A DNA stretch of 64,000 nucleotides from the human T2T-CHM13v2.0 reference genome, Homo sapiens, in NCBI RefSeq assembly GCF_009914755.1, contig NC_060940.1. One strand, written 5' to 3'. Below are positions 15,754 to 30,289 of the stretch, one piece after another. The position numbers and the translations under genes are program-made. Numbering within the stretch: position 1 is the first letter of the stretch; every line of letters starts with the position of its first letter. The notes under the pieces were generated by a model. It saw nothing but the letters and a program-made list of their open reading frames with translations. It had not been told where the DNA came from and did no database searches.

Positions 15754-16419
15754 GTTCTAGGTATTGAGAATGAAACAATGAACACAATAAGGTGATATTC
15801 CTACTTTTATTATAGTCAAGGTAAGACAGACACGACACATATAAATAAATATGTACTTACCTATACACATATGCACAAAACATCTGTGGTAATAAATGTA
15901 AAGAAAAAAATACAGAAATGTAAGACAGAGAGAAAGCAGGAATGGGGGGAGAGGAAAATTTTTTAGATATTTCCCATTTAAATGCCTCTAATCTCAGAAT
16001 AGAATTTTATAGTATCGCTTTAGTAATTCATTTACAAGGTAGTTTTCAATAGAAAAATAAAAACTCACTACCCCATGAAGTCTCATTGAGCACAAAATTC
16101 AGGAACCACCCCAGGTTGCAAATAAATTCAGACATTGCCTGTCATAAAAAGCTGGTTCGGAGACAACTCCATTTAGTATTGTAGAACTGTGCAAAGAACA
16201 CGACACTTTGCTGACTGGCATGCATTTTTGTCCAGGAGTAGTTTTCCCCACATGGAGAATAGCGACAATACAACCGCTTCCAATCAAAGGGGAAATTTGT
16301 GCTCCTTATCTAGCTTGATTGTCCATGGATAAGACCAAGTTCAAAAGTGTCAGTTCTACAAGCAAACAAACAAAAAGCCCTGAAGGCCTCAAGAGCTGAG
16401 GATGCAAGGAACAAGTAGA

Positions 16420-16570
16420 GTTTCCAACACAGAGGAATGATAAATGCTGGAGGTGATGGGTAGTGTAAATACCCTGACTTGATCCTTAAACATTCTATGC
16501 ATGTAACAAAATACCACAAGCACACTGTAAATGGGTACAGATAGTATGTATCAATAAAAAAAAAAAAGAA
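16420..16570 (+). mobile_element. L1MA-like 3' end with poly-A
   Basis: 'gaatgataaatgctggaggtgatgg...accctgacttgatc...tatgtatcaataaaaaaa'. Confidence 0.8.
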
Positions 16571-16754
16571 TACAAAAAGAAGTAGATCAGGGATGCTTTA
16601 TATGGTTTTCTACCTTGTGTCTTATTTTCAGGTGTGTTTTCACAGGCACTACCTTTGTAGAACAGGTTGCTTGCTGTGACAGCTCCTATCTGAGCAAATT
16701 GCATTATTAACTAGATTGAACCAGGAGGTAGGGCACTTCCACAAAATTCTAGGA

Positions 16755-16971
16755 CAGGGGTCAGCAAATCTCTTCTGTGAGGAGCCAGGTCATAAATATT
16801 TTAGATTTTGCAGGTCTTTTGGTCTCCGCTGCAACTCCTCAACTCTTCTGTTGTAGCACAAAAGCCCCTGTGGACAATGCATAAATGAATGAGCATGGCT
16901 GTATTCCGATAAAACTTTAGTTACAAAAGCAGACAGGATTTGGCCTGTGGGTTGTGGTTTACCAGCTTCTG
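16755..16971 (-). mobile_element. MER58A hAT MITE
   Basis: Terminal 'caggggtcagcaaa'; hAT-type flanks ttctagga/ttctagtg. Confidence 0.85.
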
Positions 16972-17129
16972 TTCTAGTGTAGTTTTTCCTTTTGTAGGTG
17001 TGCTCAGAAGATCAACTGGAGAGCAGACACAACATGCTCACGCTCTGGTTCCTTTCTTCTGACCTATTGATTCAGAATCTCTGAGAGTAAAGGCCAGCCA
17101 TGTACACTTGTACTGTTGTACAGATGCAG

Positions 17130-17515
17130 AAAGTCAGTATGTGTCAGGATATGCTGCTGTTACAAATAACCCCCAGGATGTCAGTGACAGCAGCAGCAGC
17201 AACAACAACAACAAACAAAAAACATGTTTATTCCTTGCTCATGCAAAGCCCACCATGGGCATCTCTAGGGAAACTTTCCTCCACACAGTGACCTAGTGAT
17301 TCAATTTGTCAGAGGCACTATCAGCCTGTCGCTTTAGTTTCTGCAACACACAGCCTTCTTGATTGACGTCACTGAGAAAAACCAAGAGGAGAAGGTCTTC
17401 CAATGGTAATTAAATGACTGGGTCACTAACAATTTGGGCATAGCTACTTGCAAGGACATGGCAAACACAATCTTCCCAAGTTCGCAGGAGGAGAGAGAAA
17501 TTGGATATGGGTAAA
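17130..17515 (-). mobile_element. old MaLR LTR relic (MLT1-like)
   Basis: 'tatgctgctgttacaaataaccccc...tttattccttgctcatgc'. Confidence 0.45.
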
Positions 17516-18729
17516 CACTAAATTTTTTTTATTCGTTCATAAATTGATTCAATTGATGTATCGATTGACTGATAATCATTACTAAACAATGTGATGTGTG
17601 CATGGCAAAGAACCTATCTGCATGGTATTTATGGGTATATTTCTGTTTCCATCACCAGAATTTAACCAGTTATCTACATAAGTGAAATCTGAAAGGAAAC
17701 TACTCTTTAGACCTGGGGTCAGGCACCTTTTACTTTATTATACTCTTCTACTTGATGGTAAAAGTCATTATCAGTTTTGTTAATCACATGCCGGACCTCA
17801 GATGTATTGCTGTCCTAAAAAGTCAAGCACATTATACTGACCAAATGTGCTTTGATCACAGGTGAGACATCGGGTTTCACACCTGTTATTCTGCAAGTTA
17901 TGTATAAGGAACATACTTCATACTTCTTTACTTCCTGTACTGATCCAGTTTGGTTGGTTTTACTGATTTGGTTAACAAGATCGTAAATAATAGTGAAGTC
18001 TCTCTCTGTTTATGGTTAACACTGCTGGCCCATTATAATTTTCGGTGGCAGTGCATATGGCGGGTGATAAACTAATAAAGCTGCAGTAGGAAGAATAGTT
18101 CTGCTTTTATTTTTATGGCTATTTCTTTAATCTGATGCATAATTAATGTACAAAGTTCAACTTCGTTTTGGTCAGATCCCAGATTACTCGAGGCATCCGG
18201 AGGGGTTAATATTTTTTGGTGCATTTGGGGGTAGGAGGTTGGGATAAAACAACAAATTTTTATCTATATGGAAGGATGCTTAACCGGGATTTTTTTTTTT
18301 TTTCCAAAAAGAAAATACTTAAGTTATCCTTGCTTTCAGAGTTCATGTCCATTGGAAGTGTCAAGAGATTCTGTGTTCAAACATTCTCAAAGCACCGCTT
18401 TCCCCTTACCCCTTACCTAAGAGAACATAATTCTAAAAATCCCTTTGGGGAATAATTTTCTCTGCCTTCCATCTCTCTCAATGATGTGTCCAATCTCCAC
18501 AATTTGTCTGGCCTCCTCTTGAACTGATTTACGGTTCACCAAAATCTGTGAGAGGATTTGCCAGGCTGCAGACCAATTAATTATGTTTGCTGTTAGACCT
18601 GTTAGGTGTTGGCATTTCCATTTTGTCAGACATTTTAAATTTAACGTGGACACATGGTTTCCTTTTTTTTTTATATATTAAATTAGGAAGCTGACCACAT
18701 AGGGGGAGATTCCAACAGCAACACAATGA

Positions 18730-19109
<380 letters not shown>

Positions 19110-19249
19110 CTTCCTAGATATTTTGAACAGAGCCTGCTTTTCTCAGAGAAAATATTTCTTCTTTTGTCCACAGCAGCCCTGATATCCATGGTGAATAGTG
19201 TGTTAGCCATTTTCTGCCTTGCAGAACTATTATTATAATATAATAATAT

Positions 19250-19470
19250 CCAAAGAACAGTAGCAATTTTTATATAGCATTTACTGTATTTCAGATAATT
19301 TTTAAATGCGTTTTACATATATTAACTCTTTATGTCCTTATGTAATGCTCTAGGGAGGGTGCTATAATTATTCCCATTTTTCAGATAGAAAACTGAGGCT
19401 AAGAGAAGTTCAGTTACAGATACCACACACAAGAAAGGGACAGCATCTCTGGAAGTCTGACTCCTAATCA
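19250..19470 (-). mobile_element. MIR fragment
   Basis: 'attattcccatttttcagatagaaaactgaggctaagagaagttcag'. Confidence 0.7.
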
Positions 19471-19944
19471 TGGGTCACTCTTGTCATCAGATGCCGGGCA
19501 AGGTGAAGCCCTACATTCTACAGACGTGTTTTCAGAAAGTCTACACCACGTTTATGCACTAGTATTCATTTATCTGGTAGGGTCCTTTGATTTTATTGGG
19601 TAGTGCTTTATGGGCTGATAAATGAGGTGACATTAAGGATAGTAACACTGTTTTCTTCCCTTTTCTGTAAAAGGTGAGATGGTTGCCTATGGTGTTAGAA
19701 AGGATTGCAAAAGATTTACTTGGGGAAAATTAGCTTCCTCTGCACTCCCCTGCTCCATTTCTACTGTAAGTTATTATGATGAAAAAAAAAAAAAAAACCT
19801 GCCAGAACATTGGCTTCAAGGTGAAAATATTTAGGCAAAATATTACCACAGGGAAAGTTTATTTTAAGCATCAAGGTTAAAAAGACACATGTGTCAGATT
19901 TAGGATTTTATGCTTAAAGCTCATGACATTGCCACAAAGTATTT

Positions 19945-20160
19945 GGTTGGCAAACTTTTCCTGCAGAGGGTCAGATAATAAATATTGTAGGGTGGTGGAC
20001 CATACGGTCTGTGTCACAACTACTCAGCTTTGCAGTTGTAGAGAAAAAGCAGTCATAGGCAATGCAAAAGCAATGGAATGTTGCGGCATTGCAGTAAATG
20101 TTTTTAACCACAGTCAGCGAGGCTGATTTGGTCCACAGGCCATGGCTTACTGACCCCCTG
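19945..20160 (-). mobile_element. MER58A hAT MITE
   Basis: 'ggttggcaaacttttcctgcagagggtcagataataaatatt...tgaccccctg'. Confidence 0.85.
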
Positions 20161-20472
20161 CTATCAAGGAATGACCAGGGATTTGGAGATAGGCTTTCAA
20201 TCCTTCCTTGTCATGTGCCAGGTGGACGGCCTTGTGGTTCAAAGACTTCTTTGAACCTTGCGTAGTCACAATCTCTCTAGATGTTAAATAGGGAAACTGC
20301 TATGCCCCGATGAGCATGGTCATGAGAACTGAAGGAGTACCAGAACTGAATGAATGAAGTACTGGATTCAGTAAAAGAAATTCCATGTCATCCTTCTCTG
20401 CCCTCTCCAAACCCCTTTGGTTCTACTTTTCCCTACCTTGTAATATTTTTGTTAACAAGTGGTAAGAGTTAA

Positions 20473-20929
<457 letters not shown>

Positions 20930-21859
20930 CCAGAGGAGAGCTTTCTGAGTCACCATATGTGAAGTGGTTCTTACGTAATTTCTACGGAAAAAAAACTCAG
21001 CCGTCGAAATACAGGAAGGAAAAGGGTTAATTTCTTTGTAACAGAGATAGTGAATAACAAGCATACCACTGATTCCACCAATCTAATATACATGACACAA
21101 ATCACTGAAAGATAATAATCTTCACTGATAAACTGAATGAGTCTTCAGAAGCTTGTTCATGACAGTTCTTTAGTCATTGTCAGTGATTCGTAGTTGTCTC
21201 ATAAAATGAAACCTATTAGGTATCTTTGACCTAGTTACCTTTTAGGGTCAGAGACTTTGGAGATTTTTTCAGATTATAAGCTACATGAAGTTGTTACAGG
21301 GTTGCTAGTTTACCTTCGCTTTGTAAACAGTGATGCTCCTCTATAGGGATGTGAGGTTGAATTCCGAGAGTCACCTGCCCCCCTGCAAAAAAAAAGACCA
21401 AAAAGTAAAAAGCATCTTCCATTCTTCCTGAAGCCCCCTCTCTTCATGAAATGTCCTCACATTGAAGCCTGATGAATTCGTTCATGTTCTTGGCTCGAAA
21501 GTTCTTAGCAGCAGCAGCAGCTGAATTTCTGTTGTCTGTTCTTGTTTTCCTTGTTTTTACCATTTTCTAGATATTTTATGGTGAACTGTTGTTATAGAAA
21601 TATGGAAACAAGGGATAGTCCTAATACATCCTGTTGCAAAGAACAGAAACCCAGTTTAGACTCAGTTAAGCAAAAAGGGAAAATTTAGCTTTAAAATATT
21701 CCATAGATTCCAGAGGATTCCAGAGGAGGAAGAGCGGCAGGAAGTACGATGAAGCAAAGACCAGGAAAGGGATCAGCACCCTGGACAGCATCTCTTTCAT
21801 TTCTCTTTGGAAATGGAGCCCATCAGATTTGCCTCACCCCTGACTTAGCACTTTGTACT

Positions 21860-22130
21860 AAATCCCTTAGAAATGCCTTCCCTTAATCTCCACATTCCTG
21901 AGTTTTTTATGGCAATTGCATTTTAGCTCAACTTCTATGTCTTCCAAAGATCTTCCCTGTTCACAACAATTACATGCCCTGGTCATAAATTATCTTATTT
22001 TCTTTGTTGCTTGTTTATCATATGCACCTTCCCACACTGGAATCTAAGCTTCCTGAGAGCTAAGCCTTATTTAGAACAATGCCTGACACATAATGGGCAC
22101 ACAACAATATTTTTGCTTAAACACATGTAT
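21860..22130 (+). mobile_element. L2 LINE 3' relic
   Basis: 'ctggaatctaagcttcctgagagc...agaacaatgcctgacacataatgggcacacaacaatattt'. Confidence 0.65.
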
Positions 22131-22849
22131 AAGTAAGCGAATGATCCCCTAACTGCCAATTTCCTAGGAGAGAGAATTGAATTGCCCCAGCTGGGATCAG
22201 TATTCAACCCTCTTTTTATTAGTTGAGGCAGAGTGGGTTGAGTCAGATAGAACAGCCACTTCTCCTGGCTGCCTGTGTCTGAAGGGAGGTGTACTTGATT
22301 TGGGGAGAAAAAGAAGCCATGGTGAATCACGAAAACATATTCCCCAATGACAAGTGTATCGTGCTTGTCAATTTACAGAGGGTAGTGAGGGTAGGGGTTG
22401 ATCTCAAATTTGACAGAAGAAACAGAGGTAATTTTTTTCTACCTGAAAATCTTTACCAGCACTTGAGGCCAGTGGGCACCATGAAAGTATCCTGAACGAA
22501 AGTGTTTTATTTCTCTATTGTTATTAAATAGTGAAACCTTCGTTGGGTTCATCCAAATTTTAGCTATAAGAGATGCTTTATCTATTTTTTCTTTACTTTG
22601 TCAATAGTTCTGAATAAATGTGTGTGCTTAAGTGTGCTTGCACATGTGTGTATTTTTTTTCCAGGCTTTCAGAAGCCTGCATTAATAATCTCTTAGGGTC
22701 CCGAAGCAGGAACATGTATGAGAATACAGAACCAGATGATATCTTCAGGCAGAAATTTAGGAAGAGTTGACTCACACTGAACACAAGCTAGTTCTTAGGC
22801 TTACTGTCAGAACAAAATTGATAAAGCTTAGGAGGACATTTCATCTCCT

Positions 22850-23500
22850 TTCAGTGTGGTTCAGCAAGGAGCTATTTAATGCCTCCTATTGTCAGGTGTG
22901 GTTTTAGGTACCATTCGTATCAGGTCTCTGCCCTCATGGAACCACCATTCTAATTGAGGGAGTAGTTTAAAGGGGATAGATGGGAATTAATAAACCAATA
23001 AAGAGAGGCTAAAATTTCAGACTGCAATGATGACGTCATTAAAGAACTGAAATAGGATGATGTGAACTGAAATGATGAGGGGCGATGCAGATGGCTGGAG
23101 GTGGCCTAAAGCCCAGGAAAGTGGTGGTGGAGAAGAAGGCAGGATTGGTGAGAAGAGCCTGGCAGCACAAAGATGTGTGTAAAATCACTGACAGGAAAGG
23201 GCTTTGTGTATTTGAAGATCATAAAAAGAGTAGCACAGGGCTGGAATTAGCTCCGTGAACAAGTGGAGAGAAGGAAGTGGAGAGGCAGATCAAGGAGGAC
23301 TTCTTTGCTTATAGCAAGGGGGTTGAATTTTAGTTTTAGGACAATAGGAAGCTGTGGAATGACCTTAGAGGGAAGACATCATCCAAATGACAGTGTACTC
23401 TGTTCCTTAGCTGAAGAGAGAAAAAAACAGATGCAAGTGCAAGAGGTTTTAGTAGAAGTCTAGGGGATACATGATGGTGGTTATAGCATATCCACAAACA
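22850..23500 (-). mobile_element. L2 LINE relic
   Basis: 'tatttaatgcctcctattgtcagg...gtctctgccctcatggaacc' then purine-rich L2-like body. Confidence 0.55.
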
Positions 23501-25201
23501 CCTCATGACCCAGGGTGTCTGTTCATCTGCATTGCATGCATGTTTTTACCTCCTCTGACATAGTTATTTGCAGCCCTGTCTCATGGTCAAAAGTTAGCCA
23601 AGTGATTGAAGTATGACATATTGGCTGTGCCTTTGTGACAATCCTTAGTCTTGTCTGTTTAGCAAACAGTATGGCAAGTTGGAATTCTAGAGCAGTCACA
23701 GTATACCATGCTTGATCACATGGGTATACCTAAACAGTTACAAACCCCCAAACCTGATTATGAGCTCTTGTGAAACTTCTCTAAAAATTTGGGGCAATGT
23801 GGAGTTACAGGTAGAACTTGAGCTTTTCAAGTCAGAAACCTTAGTTCTGAATGTTTGTGCCTCTATGTATCAACTCAGAACTTTAGAGGAGATCCTTGCC
23901 CTTTAGGTGTGTTTGTGTGTTGAAGTGTTACTAACACTATTAATAATGTTTACACATGGGTAATATTAACCATAATAATGCTTACTTGGTGCCCAAAGTA
24001 CGTTTGATACTTTACATATGTTACCTCTCTCAAGCATTACAGTAAACATACAATATGCATAGGATAGCCCCACTTTGCCAATAAGGAAATTGATCCTTAG
24101 ATTAAATAACATACTTGAAATTGTGCAGTAAGTACATGGAGGAATGTCCATACAATATATCTATTTAAACCACCTAACAGTGGGGTATTATGGAAGAGCA
24201 TATGGGAGCACTTTGCAAAGTGTCAACCGCAGAATAAGTGCTTGATAAATTTCACATTATACCTCTCTCTCTCTCTCTGCAGATTTCAGTCACTTATGAC
24301 CACAGAATTAATTCTAAAGAAAGCAAATTGAAGGAGGTGTTTGCACGTATTTTTTTTTCCCTAATGATTCTACTGTACCCTGGAGCATTTTCACGGTTTG
24401 TGTTTAATCACAGAATCTCAGCCATGATGTTTCTGACAGGCAATTTCCTTAATGCATTTGACAGAGATGGATTACATGGAGGGCCATTGGACGCCATGGT
24501 TTTGTCTGCAAATGGTAAGACTAGATTAGAGCTATCTGGGTCTAGTGCCTCCAGTGATATTGCATCCTAATAATTCTTATGATAACATGGATCACCTTTG
24601 TGGACACACACATTCTTGGCCAGATGGGATACAGTGGTTTTCAAGAAACCCTGCCACTTTTATTACACTTTGAGAAACATCTGGACTAATATTTGTGTGT
24701 CAGAATCATAAATCAATTTAGTTTGCGGAGATAGGCCTAGTTATGCGGTTTATCTTCAAAGGCACTCTTTTTTGCTACCACTGAAAGTGGTAAATGAGGC
24801 ACATAAATGTCGAGATATTGAATTCCTTCTGAAACTGTAAAGTCTTTACACTGGCATATGAAGATCTGAGCATCAGTCAGACTCTCAGGTACTTGATGAA
24901 CAAGAGTGATTTGGATTCCATGGCATTTTATCCCTAGATAACAACAAACCCAACCCATTCTTGAGCAATGATACAATTCCCACTGGTGACTCACTTCCTG
25001 ACCCTTTCTCCCCGTCCTCTGAAGTATGTCTCAGCCATTAGTTCCTATGTTTATTGGCGCACTTTAGTATAGATCAAAGGCACACAGACAGGTTCAGCGA
25101 TATTTGCTAACCCTGGGAAACATGAATGCTACTATTTTGAAGGATATTCTTTATTTGTCACTGGTATTTAATTGCACAGATATGTACAACCATTGTAAAG
25201 G

Positions 25202-25760
25202 AGATTCCTAGATATCATGATACTTATCTCTAATGACATAAATATGTATATAAATATACATAAATATAAATGTGTATATAAATATTTATATAAACATAAA
25301 CATATTTATATAAACATAAACATATTTATATAAACATAAACATAAACATATTTATATAAATATAAACATAAACATATTTATATAAATATAAACATAAACA
25401 TATTTATATAAATATAAACATAAACATATTTATATAAATATAAACATAAACATATTTATATAAATATAAACATAAACATATTTATATAAATATAAACATA
25501 AACATATTTATATAAATATAAGCATAAACATATTTATATAAATATAAGCATAAACATATTTATATAAATATAAGCATAAACATATTTATATAAATATAAG
25601 CTTAAACATATTTATATAAATATAAGCTTAAACATATTTATATAAATATAAGCATAAACATATTTATATAAATATAATATTTATATACACATTTATATTT
25701 ATGTATATTTATATACATACTTACGTCTTTAAATATAAGTTTCATGGTATCTAGGAATCT
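25202..25760. repeat. AT-rich minisatellite (20/26-bp units) enclosed by 85-bp inverted repeats
   Basis: Arms 25202-25286 and 25676-25760 are reverse complements (7 mismatches); units catatttatataaatataa(a/g)c(a/t)taaa. Confidence 0.93.
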
Positions 25761-25917
25761 TTGTGTCCTTAGAGATTCTATATGAAGCAATGACATTATT
25801 ATAACTAACAGCATTAACTTAAATCTATCCTGCCATCAAGTATCCAGTCTGTATTAAAATGTATTCAGTGTTTTGAACAATATTCTTTATGACTTATTTT
25901 TAAAATATAGCTCTCTA

Positions 25918-26237
25918 GGCCAGGCACAGTGGCTCACACTTGTAATTTCAGCACTTTGGGAAACTGAGGCAGGCAAATTGCTTGAGACTGGGAGTTTGAG
26001 ACCAGCCTGGGCAACATGAGGAAACCCCACCTCCACAAAAAAAAAAAAAAAAAAAAAAAATTCAGAAATTAGCTGGACATGGTGATGTGGTCCCAGCTAC
26101 TTGGGAGGTTGAGGTAGGAGGACCACTTTAGCCTCATGAGGTCAGGGCTGCAGTGAGCCATGATGGTGCCACTGCACTCCAGCTTGGGCGATGGAGTGAT
26201 ACTCTGTCTCAAAAAATAAATAAAAAAATAAATAAAA
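25918..26237 (+). mobile_element. AluJ SINE
   Basis: TSD aaaatatagctctcta/aaaatgtagctctcta. Confidence 0.93.
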
Positions 26238-26448
26238 TGTAGCTCTCTAGTCATTTTGAAGTACTGAAATCATATGTAAGAAGAGTAGGAACAAGTAGCA
26301 TAACACAGGATATAAATAATTAAAGTAATTTTTTCTTAAAGTGCATCTGTCCTTCCTTAATCCTTCTGAGAGATTATCGATCACTTAAAAAATTGTGTGA
26401 AGTCTTACAAAGAAGTATATACATAATATGATACTATAAGAAAGCCCT

Positions 26449-26792
<344 letters not shown>

Positions 26793-26794
26793 TT

Positions 26795-27135
26795 AGAAAC
26801 AAAAATCGCTCTCTGTAAAATAATATTCATCAGCATTTTTCTTAATGGTGAGAAATTAGAAACAACCTAAATTTCTGACATAGAAAATTGCCTAATTTAT
26901 GGCGGTCATATTGGAAAATGTTCACCATGTATTGTCAAGTGAACAAAGTGGTTTCCATGACCGCATGGGTCAAATCACAGCACTTTAAGAATCAACTCAC
27001 AGAGAGAACAAATCTCGAGAATGTATCTGACTGTGTGCTAGCCATAGTTATCTCTAGATAGTGAGATTATAGGCCATTTTTATTTCATTTTAACTTTTCT
27101 CTGTTTCTCACATTTTTTGCATGCAATGTGGAATA
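26795..27135 (+). mobile_element. L1ME-like relic
   Basis: 'atattcatcagcatttt...aaattagaaacaacctaaatt' and 3'UTR-like end. Confidence 0.5.
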
Positions 27136-28080
27136 TTTGGTAATTGTGTTTAACAATTTTGGAAGATCAGCCAACTCAGCAAGAGGTGTATTATCTAACT
27201 GGAAAGAAAACCAGAGGTATAAATACGATGGAATGAAACACTCCCTGAGCCTGTGTGCATTCTGCATAGGCTTCTTGAAATAGTCCATGGCTGCAGAGAT
27301 GGAAAAGTTAACATAAGTGCTTTAAGTTAAAATGAAGAAACTGTTGTACATCTTCCTATATTTCCTTTGGCTATCTAAGTCCTGCATTAGAATGTTCTGA
27401 TATTTTCTGAATGGGGTTTTATGAAAAACCTAGAGTTAAAATTTGCATTGCAGTTAGTTTCAAAATGCTATTTAGAGGAAGCTTTTAGCTGCATGTTACA
27501 GAGGTCTAATATGGACCCTAACTGAAGTTATGCAGAAAGGAAATGTTTTGCTGTGTGTGTGGGTGTCTGCACCTTTTCTCCCCATCACCCACCTCGTTCC
27601 CTGAATGCTATTTTATACTCTAAGCAATTAAGAGTGGTTTATGCTGCAGACTTTTCCAATAAGCATTGACTCATTATACCAGTCCAGTATCATTATCCTG
27701 AGTTGAACATGTCCTGCAGCAGGTTTCATTTATTCTGCTGCAGTCTTCATTTCTACCATATATTTGGAGATTCAGATACAGATTTGCCTTGTAATTGTCA
27801 AAAGTAAGACCGCAAGAGCTGGTATAGGGCATGCTACGAAGGAACCAAAGAATGACATTGAGTTGGCTGTTAAAAATGCAAATTTTGGAGTTGGAAAGGA
27901 CATCAAGAAAAAGGTTTAAGGAACAGAGGATACAGACAGCTAAGGATTGGGGAAAGTTCTTTGACACCATGAAGACTATAATTGCAGCCTGGGTAGCTTG
28001 ATAAACCACTCAAGGAAGGGTTGGTTCAAGAACATCAAGCTAGAGGCAAGTCAAGACCTTAAGGCATTTGGAGGTGATAC

Positions 28081-28540
<460 letters not shown>

Positions 28541-28591
28541 TTCTCTCCAGTTTAGAATACATTGCCCCCACTCCAAAACACTATGTCCCCC

Positions 28592-28594
<3 letters not shown>

Positions 28595-28636
<42 letters not shown>

Positions 28637-28640
28637 ACAC
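28595..28640. repeat. (CA)n microsatellite
   Basis: Seen directly. Confidence 0.95.
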
Positions 28641-29121
28641 AAAATAGAGCACATAAGCCACTCTATGCAGCATAATTATCTGTATCTCATTTTCCCTTCA
28701 TTTGTAAACTAGCCTACCACTGGGAAAAAGGTACCATAGGTTATAAATTACTGATGGGGTCTAGGTCAGCAGTTCCCGTGGTTCCCACAGACACCTGCAG
28801 GCAATCCCTTCTATAACTTTCCCTATGCATCCAGCAAGTAAGTTTTCTTTCTTTCCTCCAGCTTTCTGGAAGAATCTGTTCACCATTGTACATCTTGATC
28901 GCCTTTATGTCTGCAATAGGCCCAACTCACATCCATAAGAAAAACAGATCATTCTCCTAATTGAAATAGAAGAGCTTGGGCAAGACATCAATTAGTGATG
29001 CAAATGTAGAGTTCTTCATTGAGCAATGACAAAATCCCAAGACTTATTAGAAGACCAATAAGAAATGGAAAACCATGATTTACTGGCAGGGCTAGCACAG
29101 TTAAATTTAAAATAAAAATCT

Positions 29122-29440
29122 TGGCCGGGCACAGTGGCTCACTCCTGTAATCCCAGAACTTTGGGAGGCCAAGGCGGGCAGATTGTTCTAGGTCAGGAGT
29201 TCGAGACCAGCCTTGCCAACATGGTGAAACCCCGTCTCTACTAAAAATACAGAAATTACCCAGGCATGGTGGCACACCTGTAATCCCAGCGACTCGGGAG
29301 GCTGAGGCAGGAGAATCACTTGAACGCAGGAGGCGGAGGTTGCAGTGAGCTGAGATCACACCACCGTACTCCAGCCTGGGTGACAGAGACTCCGCCTCAA
29401 ACATAAATAAAATAAAAATAATATAAAATAAAAAATAAAA
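29122..29440 (+). mobile_element. AluS SINE
   Basis: Full Alu with A-rich tail. Confidence 0.95.
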
Positions 29441-30289
29441 CTTCCCTCATTGTTTTTGTTGTCAGCCTTTACAAGCATTGATGCTTCCAACTCTTCCACA
29501 AATTCCCAACAGGTATTTTTACATATCATCCAGGCATTTTTTTTTTCTTTCCTGAGTGATACTCTGATCTCTATCTGATGAGCTGGAGAGTGACCTAAGT
29601 TAGAAGGGAAAGTAGAGGAGGTTGCTAAGAGGGTAGGTGTAGTACTGAGGTATAGAGGGTTGGTAGAGTGGTATTGCTACTCAGAAACCAGTACCACATG
29701 AAATCAGAAATTCAGCTCCCCAGAAATCAGTGCCATTCCATCAACAAACAGATCCACTGTGTTCTCCTGGCCTTGCATGGTTCTAGGTTTGTAGAGCAAG
29801 TTTTTAATTCGGGTTTATGGCATTGCTCATATTCGCCATTTCAGTCATTTTTGGTAACAGTTACGTTGAGCTTATCTGCATAGACGCACATGATGAACAA
29901 GGATTGACTATTCTTCAGAGGATGTTAACTGTTTAGAGAATCATGAAGGAAGCATATTTTACAAAGACCTTTTTTTTTTCCTGGACTTCTCCCTAATCAT
30001 CTCAATCAGAACCTTGAAAAAGGGGCCCAGGAATGCGAAGTGTATGCCTGTCTCCCACCCCCACATAGTGTCTAGATGATCAATCCTATTCGGGGACCCC
30101 TTGGATGTGAGTGTGATATCATTAGAACATAATGAAACTGTGATTCCTAACCCAGAGGAAAATCCATCTTAATTCTTCACCATCATACTTTATAGTTAGT
30201 GCTCTCTTCCAAAGGAAACCCCTTTCAACCCCTCTCATTTTTTAATATGGAACTTTGTCTTAAGAATGGATTTCTTCAGTCTTTAATAT

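Noticed and set aside
25287-25675. Regular palindromic repeats superficially like a CRISPR array
   Set aside because: No unique spacers, eukaryotic context and no cas genes; it is a minisatellite
27800-27920. Short protein-like frame (SKTARAGIGHATKEPKNDIELAVKNANFGVGKDIKKKV)
   Set aside because: No recognisable homology, splice context, poly-A or TSD to support an exon or processed pseudogene
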